Shown here: positions 26,595 through 41,036 of the stretch, piece by piece
How positions within the stretch are numbered: position 1 is the stretch's first letter
Layout: every line of letters starts with the position of its first letter
Assembly (NCBI RefSeq): GCF_009914755.1
Contig: NC_060926.1
Strand: one strand, 5' to 3'
Source: the human T2T-CHM13v2.0 reference genome, Homo sapiens
DNA length: 64,000 nt
Translations under genes and position numbers: made by a program
Notes under the pieces: model-generated
The model's database searches: none
What the model was told of the DNA's origin: nothing
Seen by the model: the letters and a program-made list of their open reading frames with translations, nothing else

Positions 26595-26913
26595 GAAGGA
26601 AAGGAAGGAAAGGGAAGGGAAGGGGAAGGGGAAGGGGAAGGGGAAGGGGAAGGGGAAGGGAAGAAGGGGAAGGGAAAGGGAAGGGGAAGGGAAGGGGAAG
26701 GGGAAGGGAAGGGAAGGGGAAGGGAAGGGGAAGGGGAAGGGAAGGGGAAGGGAAGGGGAAGGGGAAGGGAAGGGGAGGGGAAGGGGAAGGGGAAGGGAAG
26801 GGGAAGGGGAAGGGGAAGGGAAGGGAAAGGAAAGGAAGGGAAAGGAAAGGGAGAGAGAGAAGAAGGAAGGAAGGGAGGAAGGGAGGGAGGGAGGGGGGAA
26901 GGAAGGGAAGGGA
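26595..26913 (+). repeat. Pure-purine (AAGGG/AAGGGG/GGAA)n tract replacing the Alu tail
   Basis: About 319 nt containing only A and G. Confidence 0.98.
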
Positions 26914-27022
26914 TTTCTCCTGTCAGTGGCAAAAAGGTAGGCAATGAACTTCCCAATATAACACAGTGAGATACGATACCAGAATTTAAGGTCTCTCAGT
27001 CTACCTTCTGTTCTTGTTACTA

Positions 27023-27330
<308 letters not shown>

Positions 27331-27719
27331 CTCACTCACTCTTGTTGTCTGAGACTCCTCTACAAGTATATACCAGGTAAAAGCCTCCTTTGCCTTCTTT
27401 CTGTTGCCTGTTGCTGTTACTGTTGTTTCTCCAAGGTGAATTTCAGAGAATGAAGTATTAGCAGTCTATGCTGATAATCATTATCAGAAACCAAAACGCT
27501 ATAGCCACTTTAATATATGCTTAAATGCATAATTGTCTCATGCTATTTACAAGAGGGTTAAAAAAAAACCTTTTACAAATTGTAGATGAGAAAAAAAGTA
27601 AGTAAATTATAGAAGAGAAAATTACATTCTTATAATATTAGAAAGCCCTTCAAATTTTCTGTAAAGCTACATCACAAAATTAAAGATTTTGGTTTAAAAA
27701 TATTTTATTGAGAGAGTGA

Positions 27720-29800
<2,081 letters not shown>

Positions 29801-29809
29801 GCTACAGGA

Positions 29810-31750
29810 TATACTACTGACATAATAGATGGAATAGATGTACTTTATCCTGTTCCCACTGTGAAGAACAACTAAAGCCCTGAATATCATATACATTATT
29901 TAAGCAGAAGAAGAAAAAGAAGACTCCGAAAGGTATAGAGGAGAAGGCATACCAGCTAGTGATCCTGAGACTCAAAGAACAATATGGTGGTAAGATCCCT
30001 GGCCTTCAATTTTGCGAAAGATAACCCCGGTTTTGTGCTCAAAAGAAACAACCTAGTAAGACAGAAAACTTTCTGAAAATAACCACTCTTCTCCAGCTGA
30101 ACACCACAGTGTTCAGAAAATTGCAGTCCCATGGCCACTCAATCCAGCAAAGTCTACATGGAAAACCGATACTTCCATTCTTTCCAGGCTCCATCAAAGT
30201 GCCTGAACCCCCACACCAGGAGAGTGACAGGGGATAACAAAGAAGACCCCAAAAGAGCTGGGACTTTTAACTCTACCGGGCAATTACAAGGCCCCAAGCC
30301 CCTTCTCACCCAACCATCACCAAGGTGTCTGTAGAGACCAGGTAAGGAGCATGGACTCCCTTTCCTGCTCACTCTGCAGTAATGAGGCATTCCTTCCTCT
30401 CCTCCCTGGGTAGTGTCATCAGAAGCCAAGTGCAAAGCCTGGACGTTCAGCACTGCCCATGGGTGATGAGGCCTTCCCTCTTGTGAAGAAAGTCTAGGCC
30501 ATGTGGGGAGCAGTAATAAGGTGCTTCTTCCCTTCCAAGACAGGGAGGTACCAGTGGAAATCTAGAGGAAAGCCGGCATTCCCACCACCCCCCAGCAGAA
30601 ACAAGGAGTACTCTCCCTTCCCTGTGTCAACAGAGGCAAGAGAAGAATCTGGGTCTCCATCCTATCTGGCAGCACTGAGGTGCCACAGACCTTTCTCCTG
30701 CAGTGGTTTCAGGGGAAGTCAGCTAAACAGAAGGACTAAATAAGAGCCAGCCTCTCACAACATAACACCTAGCAGGTCAAGGTTTCAGTTGAAAAATCAC
30801 AGGTCCTACCAAGTACTTGGAAGTTCTCAGACACAATGAGAAAAAAAAATCATAGATTAAAAAAGAACAACAACGACAACAACAAAAAACACCAACGTGG
30901 CAACGTGGCAATAATTTTAAAATTATCTGACAAAGCTTTTTATGCAGCCATCATGAAAATAGTGAACTATTTACAAACATGCTTGAAATAAATGAAAAAA
31001 TAATTTAGTCTCAGTAAGAAAAAGTCTCGGCAAAGAAATTGAAGACATAAAGAAGAACCAAATGAAAATTTTAAAAGTTTTTACTTTTCAATTTTCAACA
31101 CAATAACTGAGATTAAAAAGAACCAGTCAATTGTCTCAACAGTGGAATGAAGGAGACAGAAAAAATAAGCAGTGGACTGGAAGACAGAACAATAAAAATA
31201 ACCCAACCAACCTGAAAAGCAGAGAAAAAGTAGACAGAGTAAAGAAACAGAGCTTCAGTGTATTAGTCCATCCTCATACTGCCTAAAAAACCCGAGACTA
31301 GGTAATTTATAAAGAAAAGAGGTTTAACAGGCTCACAGTTCTGCAGGCTGCACAGTTAGTATGACAGCTTCTGGGGAGGCCTTAGGAAACTTTCAATCAT
31401 GGCAGAAGGTGAAAGTGAAGTAGGCATATCTTACACGACTGTAACAAGAACAAGGCGGGCAGGTAGGTGCTGCACACTTTTCAATAACCAAGAACAGCAC
31501 CAAAGGGGATGGTGTGAAACCACTCATGTGAAATTTCCCCTGTCATCTGATCATCTCCCACCAGGCGCCACCTCCAACTTTGGGGATTACCATTCGACAT
31601 GAGATTTGGGTGGGAACACGATCCAAACCACCTCAGTCAGATTATGGAACAAAAGATCTAATACTAGTGTCCAAAAAGAGAAGAGAAAGAGGGAAGAGCC
31701 AGAGAGCAAGAGACATAAACCTACAGATTTAAGAAGTTTAGCAAACCACA
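29810..31750 (+). mobile_element. Second old L1 (L1MC-like) 5'UTR plus ORF1 start, interrupted by MST
   Basis: 5' end gatggaatagatgtact...aagaacaactaaagccctg; ORF1-like aagacataaagaagaaccaaatgaaaatttta. Confidence 0.75.
31259..31635 (-). mobile_element. MSTA-like MaLR LTR
   Basis: tgtattagtcc...gagactaggtaatttataaagaaaagaggttt...gagatttgggtggg; 5-bp TSD ttcag/gtcag. Confidence 0.92.
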
Positions 31751-31799
31751 ACTTAATGGTGATTTAAAAAATCTTCAAAAAGGAGATGTGGAGCCACCA

Positions 31800-33480
31800 T
31801 CAATCAATGCAACCTTTCCAGGATAGGGTGGCTGTGTGTTAGCCCCAAACCAGGGGCCCTGCCTGGTGAGATACAGTGGGGCAGGTGGGTCACGGGGAAG
31901 ACAGACCGGCCTCTTCTCTTCAGGGAAACTACAGCTTGCTGGAGGTGTGGTTAATGCTCTCGGGGTCTTTGCTCCTTCCCCAGCCTTGAGGCCAGCAAGG
32001 GCAACACTGCTGCAGTGTCAGTGGCAGAGGGCCTTTCAGTGGCCTCTGGGAGGCCACCTCAGAGAAACGCAGAGCCTCTGCTACCGGGAATGTTCGGCCA
32101 GGGGCTGGGAACACTGTCTGCTGGCCTTAGCTGGGGGCTCTTCCTGGTGAAGAGCAGGGGTGGAGGGCTCACGGGGAGGAGAGACTGGGCTCTCCCTGTG
32201 GTGACTGTGGCGTGCCAGAGCAGAACCCTAGGGCCCTTTGTTTCTGCCCCAGACCAAGAGTAGCAGCAGCAGGACCTCTACTGTGGCTGTGGCAGAAGAA
32301 CCATCCGTTGCCTTTGGGAGCCCCTCTCCAGTGAAACTCAGAGCTCCAGTGAAACTCCAGTGGGTGTGCTCAGCTGGGAGGCGGGCGGCTCATCTGCGGT
32401 CCTGAGGTGGGGGGCCCGCCTGCTGAAGAATGGCGGGGTGTGGGGCCTCACAGGGAAGAGAACTTGGGCTCATCTCTGTATTGGGCTGGAGTGTGCTGGA
32501 GGTGCCAGCCCAGCGACCAGGCTCTTTGTCCTTCCCCAGCCTGAGGGTGGTTGGGGCGGAACCACTGCTGCTGCAATGACGGAGGGGATGTGGGCTGCTT
32601 CTGGGATTTCCTCCGTAGAGAAATACAGAGCCACCTCCACCTGAGGTCTTCAGGCAGAGGCACGAGTCGCTGGTCGGGAGGCCCCGCCCAGTGAGGGACA
32701 CTGGGAACTGGGATCCACTTGGAGAACAGTCTGGCAGGTTTTCCGTGGGGCAGGTGTGCTGGGGTCCATGCCAGTCGCTAGTCACCGTGCATCCTCCACA
32801 GCCTGAGGGCAAGAGTGGCGAGGGCTGGAGGACAGCCAAAATAGGGGCCTGCCTCTCCCTCGGCGAGCTCCGTCCCAGGGAGGTACAGAGGTGCTGCTAG
32901 CCCGAGAGCCCCGGTGGGGAGTGGCTGGAGTTCCAGGCCATTGGGCCTTACCCTGTGAGGTACAGTGGAGGCAAGGCTGGCAGTCAGTCGTTGCTCAGCC
33001 TCCTGGATTCGGCCCCTTTCCTGGGGGTGTGCAAGGGAGGCTAACCTTCCCTGCTGCAGCCACTAATGCCGGGATGCCCAGGGACTCAAGGCTCTCAGGA
33101 CGGCACATGTGCCTGAGTGGCAGCTCTGCCCATACTCCACGGAGCTCTGCACCCTGAAGGTCCTGGTGGGATGGGCTCACAGGGGGATCTCCTGAGCCTA
33201 GGGTTGCAAGGGTCCATGGCACGCACGTGGGTCCCCGAGGACTCTTTCAACTCTCATTCACCAGGGGTGGGGGAGCCTCCCCTGGCTGCGGGCCACTCCT
33301 GGGCAGTCATCCTGTCTTGCTCCTCTCCGTTCTCTGTGGGTTCCGTTCTCTCCTTGATGAATCCCAGAGTGTCCGCCTGGATCTTCCAGCTGAAGGTCTA
33401 GTATGTACTCGCCATGTTTTCTTCTCTCAGTGAGAATGGCACACACTAGGGGCCTCTAATCAGCCATCTTGGCAACTCCC
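31800..33480 (-). mobile_element. GC-rich L1 5'UTR (L1PB/L1MA-age) with internal repeats and no downstream ORFs
   Basis: Reverse strand begins gggagttgccaagatggctgattagaggcc (L1 5' YY1 motif caagatggc); recurring ctttgNtccttcccagcctgagg units. Confidence 0.8.
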
Positions 33481-33504
33481 TTCAACCCATTCTTTTTTTT
33501 TTTT

Positions 33505-33578
33505 TACCCCGAGTATTTTCTATATACAATTGGTTAAATTCATGTATGTAAAACCCACAGATATGAAAGGATGACTGT
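33505..33578. mobile_element. MER2/Tigger2 terminal fragment
   Basis: tattttc...ttggttaaattcatgtatgtaaaacccacagatatgaaaggatgactg followed by TA. Confidence 0.75.
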
Positions 33579-33579
33579 A

Positions 33580-33655
33580 TATATATAACGTCCCGAGTTT
33601 TTATTTGTTCTTAGTGGGAGGAATAGGCATTTGCCTACTCCATTTACTCCATTCA
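33580..33655 (-). mobile_element. Short L1MC-like 5' end
   Basis: Reverse complement atggagtagg...cctattcctcccactaagaacaaataaaaac resembles the 5' end near 29830. Confidence 0.5.
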
Positions 33656-34999
33656 TAAATTTGGGAATGCTTTCTATAGCAAGTAAGAGATTTTTTAAGC
33701 CAAATATGCTCCAAATATTTAGAAAACTCTAAACGAGATCATAAGCAAATAAATTTAGATCCTGATTTACAAAATAATATGGTACCCAAGAACATAAAGA
33801 TGCAACTAAGTCTGTCTTTGTTAATTGCTTCCTTCTTAAGACCTAAGGTTTGAATTACTTAAAATGTGCATTGAAATTTTTATAACACTCCTCATTGTAG
33901 ATTCTAGCGATTCAATCCAAGACATCATTCAATTGCTAGTCTCCTTCATAAGCAAATTGCATTTTGAAGAAATATCAAGCCAGTTACAGAAGGAATGAGA
34001 TAACCTACAGTCTACAATAGTCCCTGGATTAGTGTTTATTTTCCTGCTTTTTTGAAAGAAAGTTCACAGATTTAGAGAGATTATCCATGATATTGTGGCT
34101 ATGTACATAATTGTATGTATGTGTTCATGCTGTCTTGCAAATATTATAGAACCATTTAGCAAACATTTCATGTCAGTCTGTTACTTTTATTGTCTGGTGA
34201 TGGGTTTATTTATAGTTACTTGTGTTTTATATCATATTCAATCTATTAATATTACAAAATTGAAAACTTTTTTCAAGCTCGTAAGTTTGGCACAAATCGA
34301 TCATAATTCTATTTGTAGAATTAGTAATTTTATTTAAAATTAGTAAATTTCCTTTTCCTTGTTTTGGACCAATGTTTTGTTAACAGAAGCTGCACAGATT
34401 GCATTCCTTTTAACAATCAGTTCCTTTAATAAATTCATCTAAACCCATCATCAATCTAAAATCAGCACTCATAAACGTAGCATATATAGCTTTTCCTCTT
34501 AGCACTTAAAGTGCCTGGTAGAGTAGATGTAAAACCCCAAAGTCTTCCAGGCATTTTCAACAACTCCTATAAATCAAATTTTAAAAGCAAACAAACAAAA
34601 CACATAATATTAAAAAAGAGAATCTATAAAATATTGTAAGTATATTTTTCTTGTAAATCTTGAAATCATGACATCCCATTAAACATAAGTACTTACACAC
34701 AAAAATTAATTATATTCACTGTGCATTTGATTTACTTCATTATCTTTGTTTTAACCTGTCTTCCTGAGTTGAAAGTCATTTATTCATTAAAGGGATTGAA
34801 CAATGATAGTTGCTACTTGATTGAGGTCTTATGCCAGGATGTGATTTGATGGTACCTTACTTACTTCCATGATGATTTTCTCAAGATAAATGAACATAAT
34901 GGGCCCTTTGTATATTTCTGTTGACAAATGACTCAAATCCACACTCCACAATAGAGTAATGATTTCAAAGTGTTGAGACCATCAAACTTCCATATAATT

Positions 35000-35960
35000 C
35001 TTTTAAGATTAACAACACAAAGACACATTTTGACAACACTTTTGAAGAAGTATCCCAATAAGAATACAAATAAATCTAGGAGGATGAAGCCAGATGTTTA
35101 AAAAAAGTGTGCTCAAATAACTTAGTAAAGATTACAGTTGTGTATAAAAGAAAGAAACAAATTTTAAAAGCCTATAACTTTCTAAAACAAAAATTTTAGA
35201 CCATATTAATATTAGAAGGTAAGACAGTGCTTAGGGCATGTTGTGAGCAGGATGACATATACAAAATTGTGTACACAAGGGATATTGTGTCTTAGGATAT
35301 TAGGAACATCAGTGAAAGTAAACTGAATATATAACATTTAAACTAGAACCATAAGATTTTATGATTCAAAAGAAAGTAAGGAAAGAAAAAGAATTTAAAA
35401 GTGCAAAAAATTAGTAAATTAAGTGTCAGTAATAAGTAGTAGTATAACTAATTACAATATAGTAGCCTGAATCTGTCAACTAAAAGCTGATTTATTTTTA
35501 GATTTTATAACAATTAAAGGATCCAGTGATATATTTTATTTAAAAAAAAAACCCGCTTAAAATGATTTAGAAAGTTTGGCAAAATGCATATTAAATGAGG
35601 TACAGAAAAAGATTAATCAAAGCTAAGCAGAAATAGCAAAATCAAAGTTTACGAAATACAGTTCAAGGCAGAAAATGTATCAGTGACAACTAGGGGCATT
35701 ATATATTGGCTAAAAAAAAAGAAGTTATAGCTGAAAAATGTTCTTGCTTCTAACAATGCTGACTTAAATGTTATAGAGCGACAACTAACAGAAATTCATT
35801 GAGAAATAAATACATCTAAAGTTTTATTTAAAATTTAATATATGCTCTTCACAAATGGATCCGGGAGACAAATAATGAGAGATAAACATATCTAAATAAT
35901 CGGGTTTAAAATTTAAAACAATTAGATGCTTTATAAATTTAAAAAGTCAATAACAGAGAC
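35000..35960 (+). mobile_element. Very old L1 fragment covering the start of ORF2 (endonuclease region)
   Basis: A-rich decayed text (agcctgaatctgtcaactaaaag; agttcaaggcagaaaa...ggggcattatatattg; gcttctaacaat). Confidence 0.6.
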
Positions 35961-36315
35961 AGTGCACTATGGCTATGGAGATGAATGTTCAAGCAGACAT
36001 AAGGAGAAAGAGAAAAGAATGTAGAGATGGCAGCAATCTCATTTCTTTGCACGCTCATGCCCATCGCTCACTCCATCTTTAGATGAAATGGGGCTAGCAA
36101 GCACAGACACACAGACAGCAGCCAAGACAAGGGGTCCAGAATTAGCTGAAGACCTGAAGGCCAACTAACTCTCTTTGCAGTTTGCTCTGACTGACTTTTT
36201 GGAATAAAATAAACTTTCTAGACTTTTGCCCCCACCATCCTTCTGTCCACATTTAGAGTAACAGGATTACCTTCTCTAGACCTAATCTCCCCACACCCTA
36301 CAAGGTTCTGCCCAT

Positions 36316-36329
36316 CTGCCCTCTACAGG
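36316..36329 (-). promoter_or_regulatory. CTCF-like motif CCTGTAGAGGGCAG
   Basis: 13/14 match to CCASYAGRKGGCRS. Confidence 0.45.
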
Positions 36330-36779
36330 GTATAGAAACTCCAGCTCAGAACTCTGAGTATCAAGACCTAACAGCTGCTGATCAGACTTGAACATAGAAA
36401 ATCAACTTCAGTAACTAGAGTGTGTTGCTGAAACCAATCCCAGGTTCACATGTGGATTTCCAGATGTCTCTTATTCGGCTGCTGCTCTAGACCCAGGTTT
36501 GGGCGACGATGATCCTCATCATGGGCACTTTTGATTTGTGTCTAGGACTCTGACACTACATGCAACCATGAGCTATGGAATCAAACACATAGGAACTGAT
36601 ATTTTGCTTTATAAACTAACAGTTTTGTGATTCTAAGTTACTTTACCATAAGGGGCTTGGAATCAAAACATCTACGTGAAAGTGTTTCTAAAGCTGTTGG
36701 CATATCATAGCTGCTTAATAAAGCTAAATAAACACCTGTCCCACCTGTGCATGGCCCTTCATGTCTTGTTGCAATGCTA

Positions 36780-36793
36780 ACACCACCTGCTGG
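36780..36793 (-). promoter_or_regulatory. CTCF-like motif CCAGCAGGTGGTGT
   Basis: 12/14 match to CCASYAGRKGGCRS; one mismatch fits CpG decay. Confidence 0.35.
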
Positions 36794-37264
36794 AAAGTCC
36801 ATGCCTGCTTTTGACAATCTGATGTGAAACTTGGCCTGTCCTGTCTTCTCTGCCTCCACTGCCGAATTCCCTAGCTTCCTTCTGTCACTGAAGGTGAGCT
36901 TTCCTCTGCAGCTGCTCTCTCTGACCTATGCCCCCTCTGCTCTCCTTTGTCTACCAGTCTGTGTCCCAAAGTAAATATAAGATCTTTCCTTGGATCAGTC
37001 CCAAGTATCGTAAGGCTATTGGTTTTTACTTTGTTTTTGTTTTCCTTTTCTCCAAAACTCTTGCAGCTGTTTCAGAGTATTCCATCTTGTCTGTATTGGC
37101 ACACTCACCAACTTCTCTGTCAATTTGGAATTGAATTGTACTGTGGTTTTCCAAAGTATTGGGACATATTTCCCGCAGTTGAAAGTGTTTATTAGTAGTG
37201 GTCTTTTGGGATAATCATGTACAATTTGGCATATACACATATTCTAGATTCTATTACTGGCACT

Positions 37265-37705
37265 AGTTTCTCACACCTTCCTGTATCTATGTCATTTGAT
37301 GTGAATGTTGCTTTCCTCCCATGAGAGTGGAAAATGTTCCCCCACCTTTTGATTTGGGCTTTGTCTGATGACTTGCTTTGATCAGCAGAATGAGAAGAAA
37401 ATGATAAGGAGTCATTTCCAAGCTGAGACTTTGAGAAGGCTTATGTGTTTCCACTTGACCTCTCATACTTCTGTCATTACTATGAGATGAACACACGGTC
37501 TGGTCTGCTCATCCCAGGAGGATGATTAAAATTCCCTGGAAGAGCACTACCTTGGCAGAGGTGCCCAGTCACATTTGTCCCAAATCAGCCATCTTCCAGC
37601 CAATGCAACAAACCACAAGCAATATTATTACATGAGGCGATCTTCTGCCACTTGGTTTTAGGATGGCTAAACTTTTGCTATAGAACAGCAAAAGTTAACC
37701 AAGAA
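37265..37705 (+). mobile_element. Old MLT1 (H/I/J-like) LTR
   Basis: gacttgctttgatcagcagaatgagaagaaaatga...tttccaagctgagactttgagaagg...tgtttccacttg. Confidence 0.75.
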
Positions 37706-39029
37706 AGAGAGAAGATTATAGATCAAGTGTCAACTACACAGGAATTTTTTACATTTTGCATTTATTATTGTTGACACTTATTTTGAAGATATTATACATT
37801 TTGCAAATAAGATTGGGTTTGGTAGGTCAATAGAAAACCATTAGATTCTGATGGTCCTTTATAACTAAAAGGATTTTCCTAAATAGCCAAGTCTTTCTGT
37901 GATTCTCACCCTTCTTTTCCATCCTCTTTTCTTTCCACTTGTATCTTTAATCAATTTTGTTTCATAAACACATCGAGTGAATATCAGCTGGGGATGTGTC
38001 TTCAGAACAGAATGAGTTATCGAAGGGCCCTCCTAGAAAACTGATGTTTTCCAAAATGCCTACCTGATTGAAGAGCTGAAAGGAGATGGGTGAGTCTGAC
38101 ATTCACTGCCTATCTCTGCAGAATGTGCCTGTGATTGTGGAACAATAAGAAAAATTGCTAAATCACAACTTTATTCAGTGTGCAGTTTTTTTCCCTAAGG
38201 TTACAGTGACATCCAGGTTTCTGTATTTTATGAGAATACATAGGACACATTCAAAGTGAATTCTAAATGACCAAAAGCTACTTGCAGAAGAATTCAATTT
38301 ATTACAAGATTCGCCACTTCAAAGTCAGTTCTATCCCTTTTATTAGACAGAGGCTGCAGAAGGAATCATTTTCTGTGGATTGCAGTAAGTTCATATACTG
38401 CATACTCACAGAGTTGCAATTACTAAGATGCAGAGTCTGAAATAATCACCACTAGAACCACAGTTTGCTTTCCTCTAGGTATCTGACATGATCTCAAAAT
38501 TGGGGTTTTCTTTCATTTTAAGTTTACAAACCCAAATTTGTAGCTAGTCCCCTCATTCATCAAAACTAAACTCTAATATACACTTTCTTGTATCTGTATA
38601 CTATATTACTTTCTACTTTTATGTACCCTACTTATTTTGTAGCCAGTTTCTATAACAATTCTGACCTGCAGCACTATAACAAACTTGCCCTTGTTATTTA
38701 AACCGTGGCATCCGTGTTGTATGGTTTAGCAGAACCTAGCTGGAAGTCCTTGATCATCAAACCACTTCCCTACAAGGTCCCTGCCACATCCTGAACACAG
38801 GCTTTACTGCAAACCAGAGGGCATAAAAGAAAGATAGAAAATCCAGAATTGAACAGGAAAACTCTGAATTGATTAAAATTACCTGGAGATGCTTGTTAAA
38901 TTCTAGGCATCTGAGTAAAATGTCTATTGTGATGTACATTCAATTTAGTTATAGCTAATCTTTTTGCAAATTGGCCTTGGTACTTGAGAACTCTATAACC
39001 ACTAAACTCATAATTCCAATGACAGTATC

Positions 39030-39260
39030 CTGGAATCAATGCTATTAAATAGGAATGCACTTGTTGTTAAAGCAGCATACAAGGGAGGAGAAGGCAACAA
39101 CATCAGGGAGGATTTCTTTAGCTTTGTCTTAAAAAAATGAGAGGAATTATTCAAGCGGAGATGCAAGCAGAGAAGAGTCCAAGCAGGGCACACAGCATGA
39201 AGATACGTAAAGAAGAATGAAAGTCACATATTCTGGTGGTAAGTAGTAACTTTGATAGAT
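39030..39260 (-). mobile_element. LINE-2 fragment
   Basis: catcagggaggatttc...gctttgtcttaaaaaatgagaggaattattcaagc...ccaagcagggcacacagcatg. Confidence 0.55.
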
Positions 39261-39516
39261 CTGAACAGCAAATTTTCCCTTTCAATTTCCTCCTATTTCA
39301 TCCCTTTATCCTTACTATGGGAGGAGCTGGAACAAGAACATCTCTGACAATGTATTGATAATGCATCTTTAAAGACAATGAAAGTAATATCATCCCGGGA
39401 AATCTAAGCCTTATGTTTTCAGAGCAGTATCTAACATGCCTGTAAACACAAAACGAGTTTCACTGTATTCTCCCTTTTTATAATGATGGAAAAACAAAGG
39501 ACAAATAAATATCATA

Positions 39517-41036
39517 GAATGATTCTCAAGTTTATTTTGTATCAGGAGCACTTTGTAGTCTAAAAATGTTATTGGGGACCCCCAAGGAGATTTTGCTTAT
39601 GTGGGTAATGTCTGTCAATATTTATCAAATTACAAATTAAACATATTACAAAACTTTTAAAAATGTTTATTAACTTAAAAATCAATAATATACCTATTAT
39701 TGATAAATATAAATAATATATTTAATTAAAAATAAATGTCTTTCAAATATTAAAATATGGTGAAAAGATTGGCATTTTTATCATTTTACAGGTATCTGTA
39801 ATGTCTAGCTTTATAAAATAGTATTGGATTCTCATACATGCATTTATTTTCTTGTCATGGGATATTTTGGTTCAAGTATAAAGGAAATCCAGACTCACAC
39901 GTTTACAAAGGAAGAAGCATTTTAATAGTATTTTCAGATGTAGATAGATATTCTTCTTTAAAACCACACCCATATTTTATACACCTATATTTTACAAAGA
40001 ATAGTTTCTTAATGGTTATTTGCAATGTAGAATCTGAAACCATATTAATAAACTTTTCATACTTTGTTACATTAAGATTTGCTTATTTTGAAGTTTGAAT
40101 AGATCTTTGCCCATGTTTGATTTTGTAATCATCTTTGCCCATATTTGATTTTGTGGTCTCATGTACTAGGTATTTGGAAAATACTGGTTTGTACAGATCT
40201 TCCAAGTGTTAGCTTAGGTTATTATGCAATGTCGAGGAGCACATGCATTAATGGCACCATCAATTTCATCAGAAGTCTTTAAATATCGGGAAGCTGTCAA
40301 GCTCGTGGTGGCAGATTCAAGCTGTAATGCAGAATCCTAATTTCTACTTCGGAGCTCAAATTCTATTATCTTTGACAAATATTGCAATTTGTTGTCCTTA
40401 AAATGACAGTTTCACTCAATTTATTTTTGGGAAAATTTCTCCCAAATGCTTCTGGTTTATTATTATTACTTCAAACTGTTTTGGGGGAACAGGGATACTG
40501 CTTCTGTTTTAATTTCTGTTTTAATAATCCATACTTTTCTATTGTCAGTTGCTTTCTAAAGTAAAAATTGTGTTCCATATAAAATATAGATAGTTTAGCT
40601 TGTAACTCAAATCATTGCCTAAATATTTTTCCTTGAGACAGCTATCATGTTTTAGTATGCAGCAGAAGTGCTTTATATAAACTTTCCATTCCATTACACA
40701 GAATGTTAAAAATATATGGTCATAGGGTCAACACTTATTAAGATGAATAATTATAGCTTTTCATCAAAGACATTCTTGATAAAACTGGTTCTTTTTTTTC
40801 TGTGAATGTGTAGTAGTATAGAATTCAATAACATTAGTATAGTTTGTTCTTACTGTGCAAAGGCACCAGCAATTTGCCCACTACTGTTTTTGTACAACCA
40901 GTGCAAATATCAGCATAGAGAAAAAGAAAAGTAATTACTTCGTGGTATTTTGAAATTAATTTTGATCTGATGAATCTCCTGCAGGTGTCTTTGGTTTCCC
41001 TAGTGGTCTGTGGACAACATTTTGAGAACTTTTTGT
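39517..41036 (-). mobile_element. Charlie1a-like hAT DNA transposon, non-autonomous, about 1.5 kb
   Basis: Inverted termini gattctcaag...ttgagaact; internal aggcaccagcaatttgcccactactgtttttgtacaaccagtgcaaatatca matches recalled Charlie1. Confidence 0.85.

Noticed and set aside
26543-26969. 119-137 aa GK/GE/PS-rich ORFs
   Set aside because: Translations of the purine microsatellite, which cannot contain stops on the purine strand.
31836-33446. Dense overlapping ORFs on both strands
   Set aside because: GC-rich L1 5'UTR has few stop codons; no family resemblance.
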